This document shows positions 27,421-36,590 of a stretch of 51,047 bases of DNA, piece by piece (the first letter of the stretch is position 1; the number at the start of each line of letters is the position of its first letter). The DNA comes from Gammaproteobacteria bacterium. GTDB lineage: Bacteria; Pseudomonadota; Gammaproteobacteria; GCF-002020875. The position numbers were made by a program, and so were the translations under genes. The stretch is from positions 2,118-53,164 of the forward strand of contig JABGQL010000073.1 of the NCBI GenBank assembly GCA_018648825.1. Reading direction: 5' to 3'. The notes under the pieces are model-generated. The model had not been told where the DNA came from. It did no database searches and worked only from the letters and a program-made list of their open reading frames with translations.

Positions 27421-29913
27421 GTGGCACGTTCAACGTTATCACGCAGTAGCTTAATTACAGCGACTGCGTTTACCGGCATCTTGCTGTTCTTGGCGGTTGC
27501 GGTCTACTACTCTGCCCAAGGGGTCTCTCCAGTGATTAATCAGCTGGAGCGTGCGACCGACATCCGGCTGAAAAAAAGTCTACTGGTGAACCGTATGGTT
27601 ATGGCGGGTAACCGTCGTGCGCTACTGCTCTCTAAGATCTCTCACGTTCAAGACCCGTTTGAACGTGACCAGTTGTTGATGCAGGTCTTTGAGCATGGTG
27701 CAGACTTTCTTGAGGCGCGTAGTGAATTGGTGAAGTTACCGCTGGACCAGTCAGAGCAGCAGTTACTGAGTGACCAAGCTGTGGTGATGAGTAAGTTGAC
27801 TGCCAAGGTGAATCAAGTGATTGCACTGATTGAAGAGGAGCGGCTGGTTGAGGCGCAATCCTTGTTAATGGAACAGGTGGTTCAGCGGCAGGGGGTAATG
27901 CTGGGCTCTCTCTCCCAGTTGGGGCGCTATCAGCAGGTGATGCAGTACCGAGATATCTCTGAGATCCGTAACAGTGCCGAGCTACACAAAGAGAAAATTA
28001 CCGATTCTGGGTTAGCGGTGATGCTGGTGGTGGTATTGATTGCTGCGGGGGTGTTAAGGGCGCTCTCACTGGGGGAGCGGGAGAGACGCTTGGCACATCA
28101 GCGGCTGGAGGAGAGTCATAAAAAATTGAGTCAGTCTCTGCTTGAGTTGGGGGAGAGCAACCAAATTAATAGTGATCGACAATACGCACTGGATCAGTCT
28201 GCGCTGGTGTTGATGACCGGTGTTGACGGGAAAATCTCCTATGTGAATGATAAGTATTGTGAGGTGAGTGGTTACCCAAGGGGTGAGTTATTAGGCTGGA
28301 CACCACGTATCTTTAACTCAGGGCAGCACCCAGACTCCTTCTGGGAGCAGTTCTGGAAGCAAATTATGAGCGGTGAAGTGGTGCAGCGGGAGATCTGCAA
28401 CCGTAACCACGAGGGTGAAGAGTTCTGGATCTCCAGTACCGTAACCCCATTGATGGAGGCAGGAACCCCCCGTGGGTTTCTGGTGATCGCATTTGATGTA
28501 ACCGATCGCAAGTGGATGGAGGATGAGCTGCAACAGAGTCACGATGCTTGGCGTAGAGAGCTGGAGAAGCGCCACAGTGAGATCTCTCAGATGGCCTTTC
28601 TTGCGAGCCATGATACCTTGACGCAGTTACCCAATCAGGAGCTGTTATTGGATCGACTCTCCCATGCGATCAAACGCAGTGAGGATGATCCAGAACACGT
28701 TGGGTTTGCTCTCCATCAACTCGACCTGATGAACTTCAGGGTGGTTAATGAGGGGATGGGAACAGCGGTTGGTGATCAGCTGCTGATCCATGTGGCAGCA
28801 CGGATCAAAAAAATGCTCCCCGCATCAGCCACTGTTGCGCGTATGAGTGGAAAGAAATTTGCGATCTTTAGAGAGGAGGGGGGCGAGAGCGCGGAAGAGA
28901 GTAGCGAGCTGATTCAGCAAATATTGACGCGCCTGCAGATGCCATTTCAAGTGGGGGGGCATACCATCCACTTGGAGATTGCGATGGGGATTGCGCTCTA
29001 CCCTGATGATGGCGACCATGCCGACCTGTTGATGAGCCACGCCTCAGCAGCACTGCACCTCGCCAAAGAGCAGGAGCAGCGTTATGTTTACTACAAGCAG
29101 GAGCTGAATGAGCTCGCACAACGCCATGCGTTGTTGATGCATGATCTGCGCCGTGCGGTACAGCAAGGAGAGTTTGAACTCTATTATCAGCCTAAGATTT
29201 CACTACAGGATGACCGAATTCAAGGGGCAGAGGCGCTGATTCGTTGGCAGCATCCAGAGCGCGGTCTGCTTGCCCCCGTTGAGTTTGTCTCGTTGTTGGA
29301 GTCGAGTGGATTAATTCAAACACTGGGGCGTTGGATTCTACAGCAGGCTTGTATGCAGGCGAAGCAGTGGATGGATAGTGGTGTGAGTGCATCAGATTCA
29401 TTCCATATAGCGGTTAATATCAGTGTAGATCAATTGCAGTCATATCAAATTGTAGAGACGGTGAAACAGGCGCTGGATCAATCTGGGTTGCCCCCACACT
29501 GTCTAGAGCTAGAGATTACTGAGTCACACTATATGGATCAGCTGGAACTATCTCTGCAGCATCTGGTCGCGTTGCGTGAGATCGGGGTACAGGTTGCGAT
29601 TGATGACTTTGGAACCGGGCACTCTTCACTCGCCTACCTGTTGCATCTACCAATTGATATCTTGAAGATTGATAAATGTTTTATTGATCATATCCCCGAT
29701 AATCCACAAGACCTGTTTCTTGCGGAGACCATTTTAAGTATCGGAGAGCGCTTGAAGTTAAAAGTGGTTGCGGAGGGCGTGGAGCACGAGAAACAGCTGC
29801 AGTGGCTCAAACAGGTTGGGTGTGATCAAGTACAAGGGTACCTCTTCAGTCGCCCTCTTTCGGTTACAGAGTTTGAGCAGTGGGTTATTGAGCACCAAGA
29901 AAACCTCAAATAA
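27421..29913 (+). CDS. Membrane 4HB-PAS-GGDEF(degenerate)-EAL protein, probable c-di-GMP phosphodiesterase
   Basis: Two TMs, PAS (YVNDKYCEVSGY), SGKKF in place of GGDEF, intact EALIRW, LELEITE, DDFGTG, VAEGVE. Confidence 0.9.
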   Translation: MARSTLSRSSLITATAFTGILLFLAVAVYYSAQGVSPVINQLERATDIRLKKSLLVNRMVMAGNRRALLLSKISHVQDPFERDQLLMQVFEHGADFLEARSELVKLPLDQSEQQLLSDQAVVMSKLTAKVNQVIALIEEERLVEAQSLLMEQVVQRQGVMLGSLSQLGRYQQVMQYRDISEIRNSAELHKEKITDSGLAVMLVVVLIAAGVLRALSLGERERRLAHQRLEESHKKLSQSLLELGESNQINSDRQYALDQSALVLMTGVDGKISYVNDKYCEVSGYPRGELLGWTPRIFNSGQHPDSFWEQFWKQIMSGEVVQREICNRNHEGEEFWISSTVTPLMEAGTPRGFLVIAFDVTDRKWMEDELQQSHDAWRRELEKRHSEISQMAFLASHDTLTQLPNQELLLDRLSHAIKRSEDDPEHVGFALHQLDLMNFRVVNEGMGTAVGDQLLIHVAARIKKMLPASATVARMSGKKFAIFREEGGESAEESSELIQQILTRLQMPFQVGGHTIHLEIAMGIALYPDDGDHADLLMSHASAALHLAKEQEQRYVYYKQELNELAQRHALLMHDLRRAVQQGEFELYYQPKISLQDDRIQGAEALIRWQHPERGLLAPVEFVSLLESSGLIQTLGRWILQQACMQAKQWMDSGVSASDSFHIAVNISVDQLQSYQIVETVKQALDQSGLPPHCLELEITESHYMDQLELSLQHLVALREIGVQVAIDDFGTGHSSLAYLLHLPIDILKIDKCFIDHIPDNPQDLFLAETILSIGERLKLKVVAEGVEHEKQLQWLKQVGCDQVQGYLFSRPLSVTEFEQWVIEHQENLK

Positions 29914-29997
29914 ATTCTGCACTCGCAGCCATTAACTGATCAAAATTGTCGGGATTTACGCTGCGATTCGATTCAGGATTCGATATACTTCGCAGCT

Positions 29998-30924
29998 ATG
30001 GCCCTGACTGACTATATCCACACCTTTGGTAGCACGATGCAAGCTCGTTTTGGCGAGCGCGTACATAAGGTCTCGATTGATGCAGGATTTACCTGCCCCA
30101 ATATTGATGGCTCTAAAGGGCGGGGCGGGTGCACCTTCTGTAATAATGTCTCTTTCAGTCCGCATGGGCGTAACCAACGCCCAGTTGCAGAGCAGATTGA
30201 GTCAGGGCGGCAGGTGATCCGCAAGCGCACCGGTGCGCAGCGCTATATCGCCTATTTTCAAGCCTACACCAACACCTATGCGGACCCGAAGGTGCTCGAT
30301 AAGATGTATCGCGAGGCACTGGCAGAGCCCGATGTAGTGGGGTTGTCTGTCGGCACCCGTCCTGACTGTGTGCCCGATCCGGTGCTTGACCTGCTGGCGG
30401 CCTATCGTGAAGAGGGGTATGAGGTGTGGCTGGAGCTGGGGTTGCAGTCTGCCTTTGATGAGACGCTGGACCGGGTTAATCGTCTCCACTATTTTTCCGA
30501 ATACAGACAAGCTGTGCGGGCAACCCAGCTGCGGGGACTGCAGCTCTGTACCCACCTGATTGCGGGACTGCCGGGAGAGGGGGCAGAACACCATCGGGAG
30601 ACCATGGATCGAGTACTGGAGCTGGGGACCGATGGACTCAAATTTCACCCGCTGCATGTGGTCAAGGGGACCATGCTGGCCAATGAGTGGCGGCGTGGCG
30701 AGTTTGAGCCGATGACCCAAGAAGCTTATGTAAACAGTGTGGTAGACTGGATTGAACAGGCACCACGAGAGATGATCTACCACCGATTGACCGCAACCGC
30801 CTCCGAAAATATTCTGTTAACCCCGCAGTGGTGTAACAAAAAATGGAAGGTATTGAATGCTATTGAGGATGAGTTGGCGCGTCGTCAGGTGCGAAATGCA
30901 ATGCCACAGGTAAAAGTTGTATGA
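29998..30924 (+). CDS. yhcC: TIGR01212/YhcC-family radical SAM protein
   Basis: GFTCPNIDGSKGRGGCTFCN, AYFQAYTNTY, VGTRPDC, LKFHPLHVVKGT. Confidence 0.88.
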   Translation: MALTDYIHTFGSTMQARFGERVHKVSIDAGFTCPNIDGSKGRGGCTFCNNVSFSPHGRNQRPVAEQIESGRQVIRKRTGAQRYIAYFQAYTNTYADPKVLDKMYREALAEPDVVGLSVGTRPDCVPDPVLDLLAAYREEGYEVWLELGLQSAFDETLDRVNRLHYFSEYRQAVRATQLRGLQLCTHLIAGLPGEGAEHHRETMDRVLELGTDGLKFHPLHVVKGTMLANEWRRGEFEPMTQEAYVNSVVDWIEQAPREMIYHRLTATASENILLTPQWCNKKWKVLNAIEDELARRQVRNAMPQVKVV

Positions 30925-32174
30925 GTAAATTTGATGTTGTTGTGATTGGTGCTGGAACAGCTGGGCTGGGATTCGGTTGTTCGCTCGCAGATTCAGGGTT
31001 GAGCGTTCTCATCTTAGAGCGCCAAGCGCTGACAGAAATTGAGAACCCCGCATTTGATGGGCGTGACTTCGCCATTACCCACCTCTCCAAAAAGCTCCTG
31101 CAGCAGCTCAATATCTGGGAGCGTATCCCTCAACAGGAGATCGCTCCACTGCGAGAGGCGAAGGTGCTGGATGGTGAGTCGGACTACACGCTGGCATTCA
31201 ATACCGAAGGGCGCTCCGTCAATGAGCTGGGGTATCTGATCTCCAACCATGTGATCCGCAAAGCGACCTATGAGCAGCTGCTGGAGGCGGACAATGTTGA
31301 ACTGCGCACCGATGTAGAGGTGAGTGGGCTGAAAGCCGATCAACAAGGTGCTGTGGTGACGCTGGCTGATGGTAGTGAGATTGAGGCTCAGATGGCGGTC
31401 TCTGCGGATACCCGCTTCTCCGCAACCCGCCGGATGATGGGGCTCTCTGCTGAGATGTTTGATTTTGGGCGTACTGCGATCGTCTGTCGTGCTGAACATG
31501 AGCTGTCGAATGAGGCTACTGCGCTAGAGTGTTTCCGTTATGGTCGTACTCTCGCTCTGCTGCCACTCAATGGTGATGAGTCTTCAGTGGTGATCACCGT
31601 TCCCTCCAGTCAGGCTGATCGTTATATGCAGATGGATGATGCCGAATTTAACGCCACCATCGAAGAGGGGCTGGGGGGGCGTTATGGCAAGATGAGCCTG
31701 AGTACCGAGCGTTTCTCCTATCCGCTGGTTGCTGTTCATGCCAATAAAATGGTGGGTAACCGCTATGCACTGTTGGGTGATGCGGCGGTGGGGATGCACC
31801 CCGTAACCGCACACGGCTTCAATCTGGGGCTACGGGGGCAACACACCTTGGCGGAACGGATGAAGCAGGCACTGGCGCGTGGGGAGTCGTTCTACAGTGA
31901 TGAGGTGTTGAGCCACTATAACCAGAAACAGCAGCTGGCGAGCCGTCCGATCTACCACGGTACCAACAGTATAGTGCGCCTCTTTACCACGGATAGTGCT
32001 CCAGCGAAGCTATTGAGAAAGGCCGCGTTGCGTTTTGGTAACCACTTCCCTCCAGTACAGTGGGGTATCATTCACAAACTAACCGAGGTCGGGGGCATGA
32101 GTGGCCTTTCACTGCCTACCGTCCCTTCAATGAAGGGGTTCAGTGGAAAAATCCCACACTACTCCAGCCGTTAG
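30921..32174 (+). CDS. ubiM: FAD-dependent ubiquinone-biosynthesis hydroxylase, UbiM-like
   Basis: GAGTAG, PAFDGRDFAITH, ADTRFSATRR, GDAAVGMHPVTAHGFNLGL. Confidence 0.82.
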   Translation: MSKFDVVVIGAGTAGLGFGCSLADSGLSVLILERQALTEIENPAFDGRDFAITHLSKKLLQQLNIWERIPQQEIAPLREAKVLDGESDYTLAFNTEGRSVNELGYLISNHVIRKATYEQLLEADNVELRTDVEVSGLKADQQGAVVTLADGSEIEAQMAVSADTRFSATRRMMGLSAEMFDFGRTAIVCRAEHELSNEATALECFRYGRTLALLPLNGDESSVVITVPSSQADRYMQMDDAEFNATIEEGLGGRYGKMSLSTERFSYPLVAVHANKMVGNRYALLGDAAVGMHPVTAHGFNLGLRGQHTLAERMKQALARGESFYSDEVLSHYNQKQQLASRPIYHGTNSIVRLFTTDSAPAKLLRKAALRFGNHFPPVQWGIIHKLTEVGGMSGLSLPTVPSMKGFSGKIPHYSSR

Positions 32175-32190
32175 TCGCTGCCTTTGAGAG

Positions 32191-32204
32191 TTGACCTCTC
32201 TCAA
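32191..32204. promoter_or_regulatory. FNR-like box upstream of ubiUVT
   Basis: TTGACCTCTCTCAA, 8/10 to TTGAT-N4-ATCAA, 60 bp before ubiU; ubiUV are FNR-controlled in E. coli. Confidence 0.6.
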
Positions 32205-32264
32205 TTAAAATACCGCTACTTATTGATATAGTTACCGCTTCTTTCTAGTAAACGCAGGTGTGTG

Positions 32265-33263
32265 ATGGAATTGGTCTGCCCGGCAGGGAACTTACCTTCA
32301 CTGAAGGCGGCGGTCGATCAGGGCGCGGATGCGGTCTATATTGGTTTCAAGGATGAGACCAATGCGCGTAATTTTGCGGGCCTCAACTTTACCTCCAAAA
32401 ATATCCAACAAGGCATAGAGTATGCGCATCAGCGTGGTTCTCGGTTGTTTGTTGCGATCAACACCTTTCCACAACCGAATGGCTGGCACCACTGGACCGA
32501 AGCGGTTGACCGTGCGGCTGAGGCGGGTGTGGATGCAATCATTTTGGCGGACTTGGGTATTCTCGACTATGCGGCCAACCGCTGGCCCGATCTCAATCTA
32601 CACCTCTCGGTTCAAGGCTCTGCGACCAACTATGAAGCGCTCCACTATCTCCAACGTACCTTCGGTATCCGTCGGGCCGTGATTCCTCGCGTGCTCTCTG
32701 CGGCACAGGTGGCCCACCTTTCTGAGCACAGTCCGGTTCCGTTGGAGCTGTTTGGCTTTGGTAGCCTCTGTGTGATGGTCGAAGGGCGTTGCTTGCTCTC
32801 CTCCTATGCGACTGGGCGTTCTCCAAATACCTACGGAGCCTGCTCACCCGGCAGCCATGTAGAGTGGGTGGAGCAGCCTAATGGTATCACCGAGACTCGC
32901 CTTGGGGGTATCTTGGTAGACCGTTTTGGTTCCAATGAACATGCCGGTTACCCCACCATCTGCAAAGGGCGTTTTGAGGTACAGGGCAAGGAGGGGTATG
33001 CCATCGAGGAGCCGACCAGCTTGAACACACTGGAGCTGCTGCCAGAGATGATGGCAATGGGAATCGGTGCAGTCAAAATTGAGGGGCGGCAGCGCAGCCC
33101 CGCCTATGTGTCGCAGGTGACACGGGTGTGGCGCGATGCCATTGATGCCTGTAAACGTAACCCCTCGGGGTTTCAGGTGCAGAGCGAGTGGAATGCAGCC
33201 TTGAGCAAAGTGGCCGAAGGGGCGCAGACCACACTGGGTGCCTACCATCGGGCGTGGCAGTAA
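32265..33263 (+). CDS. ubiU: O2-independent ubiquinone biosynthesis protein UbiU (peptidase U32 family)
   Basis: MELVCPAG, LHLSVQGSATN, LCVMVEGRC..GACSP..YPTICKGRF, KIEGRQRSPAYV, TTLGAYHRAWQ. Confidence 0.93.
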   Translation: MELVCPAGNLPSLKAAVDQGADAVYIGFKDETNARNFAGLNFTSKNIQQGIEYAHQRGSRLFVAINTFPQPNGWHHWTEAVDRAAEAGVDAIILADLGILDYAANRWPDLNLHLSVQGSATNYEALHYLQRTFGIRRAVIPRVLSAAQVAHLSEHSPVPLELFGFGSLCVMVEGRCLLSSYATGRSPNTYGACSPGSHVEWVEQPNGITETRLGGILVDRFGSNEHAGYPTICKGRFEVQGKEGYAIEEPTSLNTLELLPEMMAMGIGAVKIEGRQRSPAYVSQVTRVWRDAIDACKRNPSGFQVQSEWNAALSKVAEGAQTTLGAYHRAWQ

Positions 33264-33271
33264 CGGAGTTG

Positions 33272-34180
33272 ATGATGAAGATTTCACTCGCCCCTATCGC
33301 CTACTACTGGTCGGAAGAGGACATCCGTACATTCTACCGACAAGTTGCCGAGACCCCTGTGGATATCGTCTATCTGGGGGAGACCATCTGCTCCAAGCGC
33401 CGTTCACTCAATAGTGACCAATGGATTGAGATTGCGCAAGAGTTGGCGCAGGCGGGGAAAACGGTGGTGCTCTCCACTATGGTGCTGCTGGAAGCGGAGT
33501 CGGAGTTGAAGACGCTACGCCGCATCTGTAGCAATGGCGAATTTCTGGTGGAGGCCAATGATCTCGCTGCGGTGAATCGATGCAGCGAGGCATCTATCCC
33601 CTTTGTTGCGGGACATGCATTGAACCTCTATAACAGCACGGCCATCGCGCGCTTGGCGAAGTCAGGAATGGTGCGTTGGCAACTTCCCGTTGAGCTCTCT
33701 GAGGATACCTTGCAGCAGCTCCACCAGCAGCGTCCTGATGGGGTAGAGACTGAAGTGCAGGTGTGGGGTAAATTGCCGCTCGCCTATGCGGCCCGTTGCT
33801 ATACCGCCCGCCACTACAATCTGCCGAAGGATGACTGCCAATACCGCTGTCTGGATGATCCCGATGGAATGATGATGCGCACCAAAGAGGGGCAATCCTT
33901 TCTCACCATTAACGGTATTCAGACGCAATCAGCCCAGTACAGCAATTTGGTTGGGGTGTTGGATGAGATCAACACAATGGGTGTTGAGGTGATACGCGTA
34001 GCCCCCCATCTGCGTTTTACCCCTAAAATTCTGCAGCTACTGGATCGTGTTCGTCAGGGAGAGCTGTCCCCCGAACAGGGCAAACTTGAGATAGATAAGC
34101 TCTATCCAGAGCCGAGTGTCGATGGGTACTGGTATGGTGAAGCGGGGATTCAGCAACATCAAGCGCTTTTGGATGAGTAG
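33272..34180 (+). CDS. ubiV: O2-independent ubiquinone biosynthesis protein UbiV
   Basis: MKISLAPIAYYW, VYLGETICSKRR, LAYAARCYTARH..DDCQYRC, INGIQTQS; GGAG RBS after the ubiU stop. Confidence 0.92.
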   Translation: MMKISLAPIAYYWSEEDIRTFYRQVAETPVDIVYLGETICSKRRSLNSDQWIEIAQELAQAGKTVVLSTMVLLEAESELKTLRRICSNGEFLVEANDLAAVNRCSEASIPFVAGHALNLYNSTAIARLAKSGMVRWQLPVELSEDTLQQLHQQRPDGVETEVQVWGKLPLAYAARCYTARHYNLPKDDCQYRCLDDPDGMMMRTKEGQSFLTINGIQTQSAQYSNLVGVLDEINTMGVEVIRVAPHLRFTPKILQLLDRVRQGELSPEQGKLEIDKLYPEPSVDGYWYGEAGIQQHQALLDE

Positions 34181-34199
34181 AAACTGAGAAGAGTAGAAA

Positions 34200-34709
34200 A
34201 TGATGCAACAGACGATAGAAGAAAATAGCAACACAGCCTCCTCCCTGCCCCGTATACCTCCACTGCTGGCAAAGCCGCTGCAGTTGATCCCCAATGTGGT
34301 CCATACAAAATTGCTGGTTACGCTGCTCAACCACCTGTTTCAGCAGCAGCTGAAGGAGGGAGAGTTTGACTGTCTGGAGGGGCGCACCGCAGCCATTCGT
34401 CTGATCGATGGTGAGGTAGAGTTTCGCTTTACCAAAGGGCGCAACTGGCTGGTCGAACACGGTGGTGAAGGTCCACTGGATCTAGTGATCAGTGGCACCC
34501 TGTATGATTTTGTTCAGCTCTCGTTGGGGCGAGAAGATCCAGACACCCTCTTCTTTCAGCGTCGTATCCGCCTACAGGGAGATGTAGAGCTGGGGCTGGA
34601 GGTGAAGAACCTGATCTATGGCATGGAGCTGGATACGCTATCGATTCCTGCGCCACTGCGTGAGGCAGTAAAGCGAGGGGTTGCACAGCTTAACCGGACT
34701 ACGCATTGA
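34200..34709 (+). CDS. ubiT: SCP2-domain accessory factor UbiT
   Basis: EDPDTLFFQRRIRLQGDVELGLEVKN; follows ubiUV. Confidence 0.9.
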   Translation: MMQQTIEENSNTASSLPRIPPLLAKPLQLIPNVVHTKLLVTLLNHLFQQQLKEGEFDCLEGRTAAIRLIDGEVEFRFTKGRNWLVEHGGEGPLDLVISGTLYDFVQLSLGREDPDTLFFQRRIRLQGDVELGLEVKNLIYGMELDTLSIPAPLREAVKRGVAQLNRTTH

Positions 34710-34721
34710 TGTAGACTAAAG

Positions 34722-34818
34722 TCCCTTCCCCATTGAGGGGGAAGGGTAGGATGGGGGTGGGGTGCAAGATCAGGCGCTTAACCCCCTCCCCAACCCTCCC
34801 CCTGACAGGAGGAGGGAG
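34722..34818. repeat. Inverted pair of REP-like palindromic elements between convergent genes
   Basis: TCCCTTCCCC-attga-GGGGGAAGGG-taggatgggggt at 34722-34758 and a diverged inverted copy at 34781-34818. Confidence 0.75.
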
Positions 34819-34866
34819 TTGTTGCATGGGCTTATTGAGAACGTACCGATTAGGTTAGAGAGCAGA

Positions 34867-35733
34867 CTAGAGCAGCGCACTCGACATCTTGCGCCGCCAC
34901 TTGCTGGTCACCTCATGCTCACCGATGGACTCAAGAATGGCCACCATCCCCTTGCGTGCGGCATCGTCGCCATAGGTTCGGTCTCTCATTAGTAGCAGCA
35001 ACAACGCCTGCAACGCCGCTTCTGTATCCCCATCAACAAGCAGTTGGGCAGCCAGTTGGTAACGGGCCTCGCTGTTGTTGCCGTCACTCTCGATTGCGCT
35101 ACGCAGTGCCTCAATCTCGTCCGCATCTGCGGCAACCTTGGCAAACAGTAAGCGGTTCTGGAGCCCCTTGATCTCTGGAGTCTCCCTCTCTGCAAGAGGC
35201 AGAGAGTGAATCGCCTGCTCTACATCGGCATACTCCCCCTTGAGGAAGAGTACGCTAATCAGGTCGAGTCGAACCCGTGTATTGTCAGGGTCCTCTTGAT
35301 TGGCCTGCTGCAGTAGGGTGATAGCGTCATCCAGGTCACCTTGCTGAATCAACTCCCCAGCCTGCAGGCGCATCTTGTCAGAGGCACGCTCAATGTGGTT
35401 ATCCAGCACCTTGCGTACATTACTCTCAGACTGCGCCCCCATAAACTCATCCACCACCGCACCGTTACGGAAGATCTTTACCGTGGGAACGCTGCGGGCG
35501 TTGAACTGTGTTGCGAGCTCCTGATTCTCATCCACATTGACCTTAGCGAGGATGAATTTTCCCTCAAACTCTTCAGCCAGTTTGGTGAGTACCGGCATCA
35601 ACATCTTGCAGGGGTTGCACCAAGGGGCCCAGAAGTCGACCAGCACTGGGGTGTTAAAAGAGGCCTGTAGAACCGCCTCTTCGAAGTTGGCCACGGTGGC
35701 ATCAATGATGAATGCTGCTCTCTGCTCTTCCAT
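34867..35733 (-). CDS. cnoX: Thioredoxin-TPR chaperedoxin CnoX/YbbN
   Basis: VLVDFWAPWCNPC plus TPR region ending RRKMSSALL; ATG 35733 preferred because it avoids overlap with the upstream gene. Confidence 0.88.
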   Translation of the reverse strand: MEEQRAAFIIDATVANFEEAVLQASFNTPVLVDFWAPWCNPCKMLMPVLTKLAEEFEGKFILAKVNVDENQELATQFNARSVPTVKIFRNGAVVDEFMGAQSESNVRKVLDNHIERASDKMRLQAGELIQQGDLDDAITLLQQANQEDPDNTRVRLDLISVLFLKGEYADVEQAIHSLPLAERETPEIKGLQNRLLFAKVAADADEIEALRSAIESDGNNSEARYQLAAQLLVDGDTEAALQALLLLLMRDRTYGDDAARKGMVAILESIGEHEVTSKWRRKMSSALL

Positions 35734-35744
35734 ATCTGTTTTCC

Positions 35745-36122
35745 CTAATTCCATTTCTTAAATCGTTTCTTACAGTACTTTAACAGCTGCTGATAACTGG
35801 TGAAGTGGCGTTTGAAGTGCTGCTCTGCCGGTTCATCGTATTCACACCACTCATTATCATGTTCGCGGCATACTGTAGGGCGCTGCTCATAGATACCGCA
35901 GCGTCCATCTTTCTCAATGAATTGGCAACGGTTGCTGATCAACAGAAACCATCCATCCTCATCTTGGTAGATCTCTACACCTTGGTGGGCAATCTGCCAC
36001 AGTAGGGTATGAAAATCCTCCTTGCTGCGCGGTGTGTCGACCTGCTGTGTTAGGTAGCTACAGCACTTGCTCCCCTCACAGAGGGTGCACTTGTTCTCTG
36101 TGGTGACCTTGAGTTTGCCCAT
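35745..36122 (-). CDS. YkgJ-family (CxxCxxCC) cysteine-cluster protein
   Basis: CTLCEGSKCC ... CQF..GRCGIYEQRPTVCR. Confidence 0.85.
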   Translation of the reverse strand: MGKLKVTTENKCTLCEGSKCCSYLTQQVDTPRSKEDFHTLLWQIAHQGVEIYQDEDGWFLLISNRCQFIEKDGRCGIYEQRPTVCREHDNEWCEYDEPAEQHFKRHFTSYQQLLKYCKKRFKKWN

Positions 36123-36469
36123 TAGAGGTTAGTGATAAAGGTTTGATCAGTTTTTGCAGCCATAATGAAGTCATTGCGATGTAGTCCACCGATCTTATGG
36201 CTCCACCAAGTGATGGTAACCTTGCCCCACTCTGTGAGTATTGCGGGGTGGTGCCCCTCTGACTCCGCCAGCTCTCCCACCTTTTGGGTAAAGGTGAGTG
36301 CATGAGCAAAGGAGTCAAAGCAGAAGCTTCGCTCTAATTGCAAGATCTGCTCTCGGGTCTCGAAGCTCCAGTCCGGAACGGCGAATACGAGTGTTTTGAT
36401 CTCTTCATCGGTGACTTGAGGGGCATCGGGCTTGCATGCTTCACAGTGTTCTTCGGTTAAGTGGTTCAT
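36122..36469 (-). CDS. phhB: Pterin-4-alpha-carbinolamine dehydratase
   Basis: [39 protein letters not shown]. Confidence 0.92.
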   Translation of the reverse strand: MNHLTEEHCEACKPDAPQVTDEEIKTLVFAVPDWSFETREQILQLERSFCFDSFAHALTFTQKVGELAESEGHHPAILTEWGKVTITWWSHKIGGLHRNDFIMAAKTDQTFITNL

Positions 36470-36590
36470 GGCGGTTAGTGATAATTGTAATGAATAGGGA
36501 ATAATATCTGACTATAATAATCAATAATAGAGAGGAGCTTGCAGATACTTGTGTAGTCCATCGAACAATACTAACGAAAGGAGTGGATGG

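Noticed and set aside
29930-29943. FNR box upstream of yhcC
   Set aside because: Only the ATCAA half-site matches.
34722-34818. CRISPR array or IS ends
   Set aside because: Only two inverted copies here, no spacer periodicity, no cas or transposase gene.
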